Positions 17,215 through 26,002 of a stretch of 64,000 bases of DNA are shown in pieces; the first letter of the stretch is position 1, and every line of letters starts with the position of its first letter. Location: positions 1 to 64,000 of IMG/VR virus record IMGVR_UViG_3300005747_000263; one strand, given 5' to 3'. This stretch comes from a virus. A program made the translations under genes and the position numbers. Below the pieces are notes generated by a model. It did not search any database. It was not told where the DNA came from and saw only the letters and a program-made list of their open reading frames with translations.

Positions 17215-18160
17215 CATATGAGTAATTACTCCTGGTATATACTAATATAATACTATACACATACAGTATACACTAACATAATTACTCCCGTGTCCGTATA
17301 CTAATCAATATAATACTATACAATAAGTAATTATACATAATCAAAGTATACCTGTAATATATATAATTATACATAAGAAATAATTAACTTTGATTGGGGT
17401 AATTATACGCGAATCGACAGGTATAATTGACTTTTGAGGTAAATTTAGCACCACAAAGACATACTTATGTCCACCCCCCAAGACAATTACTCCTTACCCC
17501 CCAAGGTAATTTCTCCTTATCTGTCCCTCCAATCCAAGATAATTTATTCTTACTCGGAGTAAAGTTTAAAAAACTTTACGACTCGCAAAGATTTTTAATC
17601 TTTGCTCGATACGAGTTAGGAGTAATTACCTTTGCTCGGCGACTCTATTGTATTAATAATAAATTTTGGGGCAAGAGTAATTACCTTTGCTCGGCAGGGT
17701 GTATTTAAGATAAATAAGCGCTACTCGGCAGGAGGGTATTTAATTTAAATAATGAATCCCCAAGCAAAAGTAATTACCTTACCCCCCTAAGGGGGCAGGA
17801 AGTTTTATGATTAAATGACCGAATTGGTCGGTCAGGAGGAATTACCTTTGGTTCAGACGGTCAGAATCGCCGTCTAAGCCACTTCGAGCCTTCAACCCTC
17901 CACGGGATAGCCACCGTGCCGTCGAAGGCCACACGAGGCGCTTTAGGGCCTTTACGTTGTACTCGCCCCGCAAGAGTTAATCGAAATACTCTCTACTCGC
18001 CGGGGATAAGGTATTTATAATATATCGGGCGGATTTTTTAAAAAAAATAAATTTAAAATTTATTATAAAAAAAATAAATTTTCACATCGTAAGTAAAATA
18101 AATAAATCCTGATACCAAAAAAATTTAACCAATAAAATTTATTGGTTAAGAATAATAGAT
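17215..18160. other. AT-rich repeat-laden control region (candidate replication origin or terminus)
   Basis: Multiple GAGTAATTAC motifs, CTTTGCTCG x3, AATATAATACTATACAC x2, very AT-rich 18030-18150 with palindrome TTAACCAATAA-AAT-TTATTGGTTAA. Confidence 0.5.
17861..17955. repeat. dispersed ~100-bp element, copy 2
   Basis: CAGAATCGCCGTCTAAG, with GGGCCTTTAC starting 78 nt after the CGC. Confidence 0.55.
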
Positions 18161-18212
18161 AGGGGGTCGGCCATGGGATCCCATGGGGAAAAGAAGAAGG
18201 GGGAAAATGGGC

Positions 18213-18386
18213 CTAAGATTCTTCAAAGGTCCCTTGGACCGACAGTTCCCCGCCACACCACTTGACGCCGTAGGCGAAGCGGTGGCGGTGGAACCGCCGG
18301 CCGCCGGGATTCTGAGCCGCGCCAGACAAGACGGGTACGGAAGGATGGAGGTTGCACGTTGCGACGGTTGTCATTTGGGCCGCCAT
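18213..18386 (-). CDS. hypothetical 57-aa protein (GC-rich cluster)
   Basis: ATG just after the stop of 18388-18753; followed by a pyrimidine tract. Confidence 0.45.
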   Translation of the reverse strand: MAAQMTTVATCNLHPSVPVLSGAAQNPGGRRFHRHRFAYGVKWCGGELSVQGTFEES

Positions 18387-18387
18387 T

Positions 18388-18753
18388 TTACACAACCCTT
18401 CCGTCGTCAAGAAGGAGCCCGCAACGGATAGAATCGGTAGGAACCGATACCCATCCATCGGTCGTCACACTTCGCACTTCAACCCATCCCTTAACGAAAG
18501 ATTCACCGGGACGGATGAACCCATAATCGGGATGAACCAAGGAGCCGGTACGACCGACCACTTGGGACAATTCAACACCCAAGTTGGCCAGTTGGTCCGG
18601 CACTTTTGCCGCTTCTTCCTGTGCCCACTTGATTTCGTCGCGCATGAGGGCGTAAACCTCCTTTTGGGTCAAGCCTTCTTGACGGGCAACCCACTTCAAT
18701 TCGTAGTGTTTGCGCAGTAGTTTGTAGATTTCGCGTTTGTGCATATTGTTCAA
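18388..18753 (-). CDS. hypothetical protein (GC-rich cluster)
   Basis: 121 aa; GGTGA/AGGA RBS. Confidence 0.65.
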   Translation of the reverse strand: MNNMHKREIYKLLRKHYELKWVARQEGLTQKEVYALMRDEIKWAQEEAAKVPDQLANLGVELSQVVGRTGSLVHPDYGFIRPGESFVKGWVEVRSVTTDGWVSVPTDSIRCGLLLDDGRVV

Positions 18754-18828
18754 ATCCTGGTCACCGCGCCTTTCCGCGCCTGTCGCGACCGTATGGAGGG
18801 AAGAAGGGGAAAAGGGACCGGAGTCGGT

Positions 18829-19170
18829 CTAAGCGTCCAAGGACAGGCTAAGGAGTGCGTAAGCCTGTTCCTTAGTGTGTCCAGCGTCTTGAAGGGCCGC
18901 GATAGCCACTTCGTGCTGAGCCGCTTTGCGGCTTTCAATGGCCGCTTCTTGAGCGCGGACAAACCGGCCCGCTTCTTCAATCCCGGCACCGAACGCTTCT
19001 TGGGCCGCCATGAGGAACACGTCTTGAGCCTGTTCCATCAAGTCGTTCGACTTGGAGTAGTCGGCCGCCTTGAAAGCGTCCGAAGCACGGCGAAGAAGGC
19101 CCTTGGCGGTTTCAACAGCCGTGTTTAGGCCGGAGGCGGTGGTTTGTTGTGGTGGTTGGTATTTTGCCAT
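18829..19170 (-). CDS. hypothetical Ala-rich helical protein (GC-rich cluster, probable pre-early gene)
   Basis: 113 aa; first minus-strand gene after a TATA box. Confidence 0.7.
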   Translation of the reverse strand: MAKYQPPQQTTASGLNTAVETAKGLLRRASDAFKAADYSKSNDLMEQAQDVFLMAAQEAFGAGIEEAGRFVRAQEAAIESRKAAQHEVAIAALQDAGHTKEQAYALLSLSLDA

Positions 19171-19230
19171 TTTTGGTTATCCCGCCGGACCGGGTCCCGC
19201 CCAGTTCGACAAAGAAGCCATTATCGCCGA

Positions 19231-19245
19231 TAGTATATAACCCTA
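19231..19245 (-). promoter_or_regulatory. archaeal-type TATA promoter
   Basis: AGGGTTATATACTA ~65 nt upstream of ATG 19170. Confidence 0.55.
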
Positions 19246-19270
19246 TACGGTAAGCCCAATACGTCCAGAT

Positions 19271-19330
19271 TTCAGTATGGTGCAGTAAGAATCAGCACCA
19301 TTCAGTACCATGCAGAACCATGCAGTATGG
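19271..19330. repeat. six degenerate 10-bp tandem repeats
   Basis: ttcagtatgg/tgcagtaaga/atcagcacca/ttcagtacca/tgcagaacca/tgcagtatgg. Confidence 0.75.
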
Positions 19331-19420
19331 GAACCCGTCACTCTGAATCGCCGGACCCGGCGCCGCCGTGGTAAGGTCCATATGCGCCGTCGGGAAAATT
19401 GGAATTTTTTTAGAATCAAA

Positions 19421-19553
19421 TAATTACTCCTGTATCTAAAGATAGAGATAATTACCCCTGTGTCCAGGGACTAAGATAATTACTCCTGTGTCTAAAGACT
19501 AAGTTAATTACCCCTATGTCCTAGGACGAAGTTAATTACTTCTGTGTCCAGTG
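19421..19553. repeat. 28-bp tandem repeat (4 full copies plus 1 partial)
   Basis: Consensus TAATTACYCCTRTRTCYNNRGAYNRAGW; no unique spacers. Confidence 0.9.
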
Positions 19554-19664
19554 TTGGTGGTAATTTTTCCCGCTCGATGGGTAATTATCTTTGCTTGGTG
19601 ATGGGTTTAACGTATTTAAGTGAAGGCTTGGTTTTTGATTCACGATTATTTTTATTGGTAATTT

Positions 19665-20024
19665 ATGGAACTTAAGAAGGTTAGTCTTGGGGGGCACATT
19701 TTGTGTCCGGCGTTTTCGTTTAGCGGGGAGGGTGCTTTGCGGTGCGCGGCGAATTTGGCGCGGTCGTATGGGATTGTTGTTCCTGAGTTTGTTTGTGCGG
19801 ATGGTGCTGTCCTTGATTTGTTTTGTGATGGCGAGTTTTTGGTGTTGAATTTTTTGTCGGGGGAGCAATTAATTTTTGGTGACTTAATTTTTGGTCACGA
19901 GTTTAATGGTGATTTGAATAGGAACATTGATGTTTACTCTTTACTTTTTGGGTCGGGTTTGGCTTTTTCTTTTCTTGATGAGTGTTATGTTTGCGGTGAG
20001 GTTAGGGGGAGGCATTTTAAGTGA
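19665..20024 (+). CDS. hypothetical protein
   Basis: 119 aa; first plus-strand ORF; overlaps the next gene. Confidence 0.55.
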   Translation: MELKKVSLGGHILCPAFSFSGEGALRCAANLARSYGIVVPEFVCADGAVLDLFCDGEFLVLNFLSGEQLIFGDLIFGHEFNGDLNRNIDVYSLLFGSGLAFSFLDECYVCGEVRGRHFK

Positions 20025-20350
20025 TACTGGATTATAAGCGTGAGTCTTTGATGGCTTTTATTACGTCGGCGATTGGTTCTGCTAAGGTGGAGCGGATGTG
20101 GCCGCGCGTGGACCGGCTCGTGATTATGTGGCAGCAATGTAATGAGTTGTCGGGTTGGTTGGAGGAGAACGTGGATTTGATTGGTTCTAAGGAGTATAAG
20201 GAGAACGTGACTTCTTTGAATGCGTTGCTTCAGAATACGCGGAACTTGGAGAATGACCTCGCGGTGTTTGAGGAGCGGCGCGCTGGGGTGGATGATTCGG
20301 CGGATTTACTTTCTTCGTTGGGTCTCGGTAGTGGTAAGAAGGAGGTTTAA
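20021..20350 (+). CDS. putative terminase small subunit
   Basis: 109 aa, helical; GGAGG RBS; upstream of TerL (positional call). Confidence 0.5.
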   Translation: MILDYKRESLMAFITSAIGSAKVERMWPRVDRLVIMWQQCNELSGWLEENVDLIGSKEYKENVTSLNALLQNTRNLENDLAVFEERRAGVDDSADLLSSLGLGSGKKEV

Positions 20351-20351
20351 T

Positions 20352-20624
20352 ATGGATAATAATGAGATTAGGTTTACATTGTCAGATAAGCAACGAGAAT
20401 TGTTAGAAATGCATTTTGGTCCTGAGTATGGATTAATGCTTAGTGATAGAGTATTACATTTATTGACGGATATTCTTGTACAGAAGAGTAAGCAAGTTAC
20501 TTATCCTTCGGACCCACGGGTTTTTGATTTCGAGAAATCAAGGGATGGAACGAGCCCTATGGTTAATCCTTGGGATTGGACTATTACTTGCAATCAAGAA
20601 ATTCCAATGACTAGTATTTGTTAG
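20352..20624 (+). CDS. small protein, possible ribbon-helix-helix regulator
   Basis: Start at ATG 20352 after GGAGG; IRFTLSDKQRELLE strand-helix pattern. Confidence 0.45.
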   Translation: MDNNEIRFTLSDKQRELLEMHFGPEYGLMLSDRVLHLLTDILVQKSKQVTYPSDPRVFDFEKSRDGTSPMVNPWDWTITCNQEIPMTSIC

Positions 20625-20633
20625 GTGCAATGA

Positions 20634-22469
20634 GTGGGTGGTAAGTTGTATGCGGCGGTTCATGATGGCTTCATGTTTGCGAGGCAAGTCAGCGATGCAC
20701 TTCATAAACTGGATGCCGTTAATGATGTAACCATGAAGGGGCGCATTAATCGCCTCAAGTTTTTGAATGAGTTGCCCGTCGAAGTTAGGGAGGCGCTCCC
20801 TAGCGATGTGCAGCTTGGTTTGGAATTGAATCCTGACTTGGATACGATGTTCCTTCACCCGGAGGACCCCATGCGGGGCATTGTCGTGTCTTTTGTGGCG
20901 CGATACATTGGTAATCCGTGGAGTAACACGGAAGCGTTTGAACTGAATGACCTTCAATTAAAGATTCTTGTTTATGCACTTAGCAGTCGTTCCCTTGGTG
21001 TGCTTGCCCCCCGTGGTGTCGGAAAGTCAGTTGCTCTTGCACTCGCTGCCCTCATTTGGTGTTTCTTCTGTGCCATTGGGGAAGACGCGTTCATTATTGC
21101 TCCTACCACGAATCAAACCGACAAAGTGTTTGCATACATTACCGACTTTATTAAAGTCGGAAAGAATAACTTCTTAATGGATGGGGACCCTAACATTGGG
21201 TACGAGGGCATTGGTAGTATTCGTTTTGGTCAGAAACCCATGATTCACTGGCGACAGGGGTCGAGGTTGAGACCGGCGTGTGCTTCGCGCAACAATAAGG
21301 GTGAGACGATACGGGGGCAGCAGCCTACGTTTGCGTTGCTGGATGAATCCAGTTACATTCTCGATGACATTTACACGAAGACGTTGAAGAGCGGTTTGGT
21401 TAGTAATCGGAGCGACCACGAGATTCCAATCATTGAATCTGGGACGCCTGACGCGAAGAATCACTTCTACGACTTGTTCCATAACCCGAAGATGTACAAG
21501 GAGTACATGAAGATTCACTTCGATTACGAGGACGGGATTAGGGCGGGGCGGTATACCCGCGAGAACATTGAGAAGATTATTAACGAGACTCCCGGCGGGA
21601 AGGAATCCATTGAGTTCCAATCGGAGTACATGTGTAAGTTCCCAGAGGGTGCCATGTCGTTCTTTAAGAATCTCGAATACACTTTTAGCGGGGAACACAT
21701 TGAGTCGGCACCCCTACCCGGGGTAACATACGTTGCTGGTCTCGACTTGGGTCAGAAGCAGGACAGTACCGTGTTAACTATTGGTCGGTATAGTATTGAG
21801 GATGATGGGGACCACATTGATGTGGTTTATATTCTCGAATTGAATCCGGTTCAAGAATTGACGTATCCTCAACAGTATGCATTGATTTGTGATGAATTGA
21901 ATCGGTGGCGGGTTCAGTCGTGCTGGGTTGACTTTACTGGACCCGGTATTCCCATTTATCAGTCATTGGAGACACTGGTTAGGTCTAGTTGTCCTACCGT
22001 GACGTTTATTCCTTTCAGTTTCCAGTCGAATACTAAGTATCCGAACTTCGAGAAACTGCGTTTGTACTTGCAGAATCGTCCTACGCCGCGCATCCGGTAC
22101 CCGAAACTGGATGATAATCGCGTGATGAATCACCCTAAGTTTAAGGAATTCCAGAAAGCGAAGGGTGAATTCGTGGATATTGTTCAGAAGCGCACGAATA
22201 GTGCGAATGAAAAGAACAAGTGGAAGGTTGAGCCGGCGCGTTCCCGTGGTCACGACGACTACGTAGCGAGTTGCATCTGCCTTTGTCAGGCGATTAATGA
22301 GTCGTATTCTGGTGGCGGAGTGGCAAATGCTGTCGAAAAACAGCGCAATGTTGCACAAAGAAAGGTTTCAAGTGCCTCTGCGACGACGGCCGGGCGCGCT
22401 TTAGGCATCCGAGGAGGCAATAGTATAAATAGGGGAAGAGGGCATAGTAATATATGGAGGAAAGTATAA
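20634..22469 (+). CDS. terL: terminase large subunit
   Basis: Walker A APRGVGKS, Walker B LLDE, SGTP, RNase H-like GLDLG..QD, VDFTG.G, HDD. Confidence 0.95.
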   Translation: MGGKLYAAVHDGFMFARQVSDALHKLDAVNDVTMKGRINRLKFLNELPVEVREALPSDVQLGLELNPDLDTMFLHPEDPMRGIVVSFVARYIGNPWSNTEAFELNDLQLKILVYALSSRSLGVLAPRGVGKSVALALAALIWCFFCAIGEDAFIIAPTTNQTDKVFAYITDFIKVGKNNFLMDGDPNIGYEGIGSIRFGQKPMIHWRQGSRLRPACASRNNKGETIRGQQPTFALLDESSYILDDIYTKTLKSGLVSNRSDHEIPIIESGTPDAKNHFYDLFHNPKMYKEYMKIHFDYEDGIRAGRYTRENIEKIINETPGGKESIEFQSEYMCKFPEGAMSFFKNLEYTFSGEHIESAPLPGVTYVAGLDLGQKQDSTVLTIGRYSIEDDGDHIDVVYILELNPVQELTYPQQYALICDELNRWRVQSCWVDFTGPGIPIYQSLETLVRSSCPTVTFIPFSFQSNTKYPNFEKLRLYLQNRPTPRIRYPKLDDNRVMNHPKFKEFQKAKGEFVDIVQKRTNSANEKNKWKVEPARSRGHDDYVASCICLCQAINESYSGGGVANAVEKQRNVAQRKVSSASATTAGRALGIRGGNSINRGRGHSNIWRKV

Positions 22470-22738
22470 TGCCCACTTACACTAAAACCCCGATGGACAC
22501 TTCATTCTTAGATGGAGTAGACCCAGAAGTTATCCACTTATATTACATCAACCGAGGCGTGTTCCTTGACGGAGCAATGGGACACATCCCATGGGCTTTG
22601 GTTGCAAACATTTACGGACCAACAAAATCCGTAATGAATGAATCAGAGGATGGTAGTAAAACCATCCGATATACAATTGATATTGACTGCGTTATTCCTG
22701 CCGAGGAGCCAGAGAATGTACCAGAAAATAAAGATTAA
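22469..22738 (+). CDS. hypothetical protein
   Basis: TAATG coupling to terL; GGAGG RBS. Confidence 0.55.
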   Translation: MPTYTKTPMDTSFLDGVDPEVIHLYYINRGVFLDGAMGHIPWALVANIYGPTKSVMNESEDGSKTIRYTIDIDCVIPAEEPENVPENKD

Positions 22739-22739
22739 T

Positions 22740-23081
22740 ATGTCCGATAAAGTAGAACCCAAGAAGTTAAAACCGCGCCATAGTAAATTGGTGTGTAAAG
22801 ATTGTAAAGAAGAATTCTATGGGTTTTGCAAGAGACATCGATGTAATGAATGCGATGTTGAATACAAGAAAGAATGGAGGCGGAATTATCACCGTAAAGA
22901 CATGTTCAAGCGAAGACAAGAAAAATACAACGAAAGAAGTTTCAGCGACATTGAATACCTGAAAGACAATTACATGGTCGGATTGGGTACTATTAAGTTC
23001 AGTGAATTCGACGGAGACTTCGAAAAAGAATGGCGTGTAATCCGTGCGATGGCACGGGGAATTATTACTCGGGACGAGTAG
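22740..23081 (+). CDS. zinc-finger protein
   Basis: CKDC...C...RCNEC; start at ATG 22740. Confidence 0.55.
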   Translation: MSDKVEPKKLKPRHSKLVCKDCKEEFYGFCKRHRCNECDVEYKKEWRRNYHRKDMFKRRQEKYNERSFSDIEYLKDNYMVGLGTIKFSEFDGDFEKEWRVIRAMARGIITRDE

Positions 23082-23089
23082 TTATACAC

Positions 23090-23099
23090 GTTTAACATA
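23090..23099 (+). promoter_or_regulatory. putative late-promoter motif GTTTAACATA
   Basis: Same 10-mer at 36042 and 48353, variant at 19605; each upstream of a structural gene block. Confidence 0.55.
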
Positions 23100-23121
23100 A
23101 AAATGTGAGGATTAGGCATAG

Positions 23122-24345
23122 ATGGCTAAAGATGATTTAGGACAGGCGAAAGGTAAGGTATCTTTTGCCGCAAATGCCTTCTCTGGTGGACAGCGAACAG
23201 GCATCGCCGTTGAGCCTATTGGCGACCTCGACCAGTTTTTGAAACTGTACGTCACCACTAAGCAAATCCAGAAACTCATTGACTTCAAAACGAATTACAT
23301 CGTCAAGGACGGGTACTTCATTAGTAGTCGAGACGAGGAAGGTAAGGCAAAGGCTGAAGAGTTCTTCAACACCCTGCCAATCCTAGATATCATTCGTAGC
23401 TGGTCTAAATTCTCAATGGTATATGGCGCCGGGTACTTGGAGTATACGGGGAACAATCTAGTCCCCCGTGACTCCCGTGCCATTGTCCCATATATCGATG
23501 AAGAGGGTAATGGAGAAATTCTCCAGTACGTTCAAGAACTCGGTAATAACGAATCGGAATACCCCGAGTTTGACCCAGAAGACATGCTTGTTCTTCTAAA
23601 CAATCCAATCGACCATATTCGCGGCTTAAGTGAATTACTCGGTATCGAAGAGATTACTAATCTCGACTACCAAGCCATGGAAGATATCAGTGCTACCCTG
23701 AATAGGTCGGCGTATAACCGCACTATTTACAAGGTTGGCACACACGAACGCCCCGTTAGCTTAGAAAGCGATACGTTTATTAACACGCGAGACGCTATCG
23801 AGGGACTTCGCCCCGGTGAAGACTTAGTTGTCAACAGCGATGTTGAAGCTAAACCTCTCGACAATGCGCGTGTAGGAATGGATTACAAGGCATACATGGA
23901 CCTCATTAATGAGCGCATGTGCATGTTCCTTGGCGTCCCCTTCGACGTATTCTTCGGTAGTGGTAGTGGAGATACCATTACTCAGCGTCGATTACTTTTC
24001 GAGGAGGCAGAAATCATGCCTCGTCGAAGACAACTCGAAGACTTAATCAATCGGGAGTTAATCCCACGCATTGTTACTGTCAACCCTGAAGAACCAGTTG
24101 AGTTTAAATTCGGAGACATTAACATTGAAATGGCATTCATCCAGTCCAAGAGAGACTTGGTTGAACTCCAAACCGGCTCTAAGACTGCGGACGAACACCG
24201 CATCGAAAAAGGTCGAGACCCCCTCGGTGATGCAGCCGTACCGGGCAACACTAATCAACAAATTCCAATCTCTTCAAGAGATGAAACCGCAACCAGCACT
24301 ATTGGTGGAAACCTAACTGGTCAACGTGATTCCCCTGAACAGTAA
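23122..24345 (+). CDS. portal protein
   Basis: 407 aa after TerL; YGAGYLE, RGLSEL, LGVP, IMPRRRQLEDLIN, TADEHR..G.DP portal pattern. Confidence 0.9.
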   Translation: MAKDDLGQAKGKVSFAANAFSGGQRTGIAVEPIGDLDQFLKLYVTTKQIQKLIDFKTNYIVKDGYFISSRDEEGKAKAEEFFNTLPILDIIRSWSKFSMVYGAGYLEYTGNNLVPRDSRAIVPYIDEEGNGEILQYVQELGNNESEYPEFDPEDMLVLLNNPIDHIRGLSELLGIEEITNLDYQAMEDISATLNRSAYNRTIYKVGTHERPVSLESDTFINTRDAIEGLRPGEDLVVNSDVEAKPLDNARVGMDYKAYMDLINERMCMFLGVPFDVFFGSGSGDTITQRRLLFEEAEIMPRRRQLEDLINRELIPRIVTVNPEEPVEFKFGDINIEMAFIQSKRDLVELQTGSKTADEHRIEKGRDPLGDAAVPGNTNQQIPISSRDETATSTIGGNLTGQRDSPEQ

Positions 24346-24354
24346 GGAGACAAT

Positions 24355-25596
24355 ATGACAGAACATACAATTAACCCTGTTGTTGAGACCGTATTAGCTA
24401 CGCTTCGGAAGGGCAATAAGAATGCCAGCGAGGAAGACTTAGTGTCTCTTGCTGAAATTATTATGGCTGACGCCGAAGGGCGACATCAAGAAGTAGCTGG
24501 CTTCTATAACAAACCCAGCAAAACTCTCTCTAGTAAAGACTTCGGTGAAATGATTACCGATGGCGGAGAGATTATTAACATTCCAGAGAAAAAGCTCAAG
24601 TGGAAGGTTGCCGACACAGATACTATTTTTCTGCCTAATTCCAACGGCGACGCTGAAGCTTTTGCTTTCGACCCCTTAACCCTTGAAAAGTTAGGGGCGA
24701 AACTAGAAGGTATCCCCGTAGTGATTGGCGGTGAGGGACATGATTCCGAACTACCAATGGCTGCATTTACCGGCGACTACGAAGTTGTCGAAGAAACAAC
24801 CGATACCGGTAAAAAGATTAAGGTGCTCTATCAGTGGTCCAAGCTTCGCTCTGACGAAGACAGTCCTATTGATTTTGAATCCTTAGTAAAAAATCCTGTA
24901 TGGGATATTAACGGGGGCGAGCATTCATTGAATGGTTCTCTTCGTTTTACTTCAAGAGACATTCCGTATTACTACGGCGATGGTTCTAAGGTTAATTACA
25001 TGACGAGCCCAGTGCCAATCCATTATGCAGGAGTTGATTCTCCTGTTATTAGGGGTGCCGGTTTAGTCGAAAAGAATTTTGGTGAAATTATGACTAAAGA
25101 AGTTGAAACACCCGAAGCTAAGGCTCCGGTAGTCGATGCTCCCGATGTTACTGCACAAGTGAAGGAAATGCTGGCCGAAAAGCTTGGCGCCCTCGATATC
25201 GCCGCCCTCGTTAAAGAAGGCGCCGTTGCCGAGATTACGGCCCAAGTCGTTAAGGCTGTCGCAAATCCCGAAGTTATTGCTCGCTCCGAGTATGAAGCAG
25301 TTCTCAAGGAACGCGACGAATTAATTGAAGCTAGAGAGACTGCCGAACTTGACGGTCTTCGCAACGAGATTGTTGACAAATCCCTTGGTGCAGATGCATC
25401 CGAGGAAGATGTCGCAGCTTTCGTTGAAGACATTAAGAGTTTCGGTAAGACTGAACTCCAAGGCATTCTTCGCGGCCTAACTCTGGCCGCCGAGAAAACT
25501 GCAGACGCCCCCGCCGAAAAGAAAAACTTCGGCAAGGGCAAGGTGGATACCGCTAACCCTGAAAAGAAGCGTAAGTTCCCCCAAATCCAAATCTAA
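24355..25596 (+). CDS. prohead protease-scaffold fusion (putative)
   Basis: Between portal and capsid genes; GIPV..GH, S, and HYAGVDSPV..GA herpes/HK97-type protease pattern; acidic coiled-coil C-terminus. Confidence 0.7.
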   Translation: MTEHTINPVVETVLATLRKGNKNASEEDLVSLAEIIMADAEGRHQEVAGFYNKPSKTLSSKDFGEMITDGGEIINIPEKKLKWKVADTDTIFLPNSNGDAEAFAFDPLTLEKLGAKLEGIPVVIGGEGHDSELPMAAFTGDYEVVEETTDTGKKIKVLYQWSKLRSDEDSPIDFESLVKNPVWDINGGEHSLNGSLRFTSRDIPYYYGDGSKVNYMTSPVPIHYAGVDSPVIRGAGLVEKNFGEIMTKEVETPEAKAPVVDAPDVTAQVKEMLAEKLGALDIAALVKEGAVAEITAQVVKAVANPEVIARSEYEAVLKERDELIEARETAELDGLRNEIVDKSLGADASEEDVAAFVEDIKSFGKTELQGILRGLTLAAEKTADAPAEKKNFGKGKVDTANPEKKRKFPQIQI

Positions 25597-25608
25597 AGGT
25601 GAATAAAT

Positions 25609-25992
25609 ATGGTTAGAACAAATGGACCCATTCTCCAAAACGGCGACATCGCGGGAACCGCTGGCGAAGCACTCGATGCTTACGACCACGTTTCCTACGA
25701 AGCTGTTACGGGAGACATTGTTAAAGCAACTGCTGGCTCTGTCGCTATCGGCTACGTCGATAAGGCTTACGCTGACGGTGAAGAAGAAGTTAGCGTTCTC
25801 CGCTTCCAAGACCGCAAGCGCCCCGCTGTTGCCGGTGCCACCAACGTTGGTGTCATCGCTATCGGTGCCCCTGTCGCAGTTGACGCTGACGGCAAGGCTC
25901 GCGTCGGTGTTGTTGGAACTGATTACCTCGTCGGTGTTGCTGCTACGGCTTCCGCTGCAGAAGGCGACGAACTCGAAGTTGAGGCTCTCTGA
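25609..25992 (+). CDS. capsid decoration/cement protein (DUF2190-like)
   Basis: TAGEAL..Y..V, IAIGAPVAVDADGKA, GVA..ASAAEGD.LEV; directly upstream of MCP. Confidence 0.75.
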   Translation: MVRTNGPILQNGDIAGTAGEALDAYDHVSYEAVTGDIVKATAGSVAIGYVDKAYADGEEEVSVLRFQDRKRPAVAGATNVGVIAIGAPVAVDADGKARVGVVGTDYLVGVAATASAAEGDELEVEAL

Positions 25993-26002
25993 GGCGATTT
26001 AA

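Noticed and set aside
19421-19553. Mini-CRISPR array
   Set aside because: Units are contiguous 28-mers with no unique spacer-length sequence between them, and no cas genes are present
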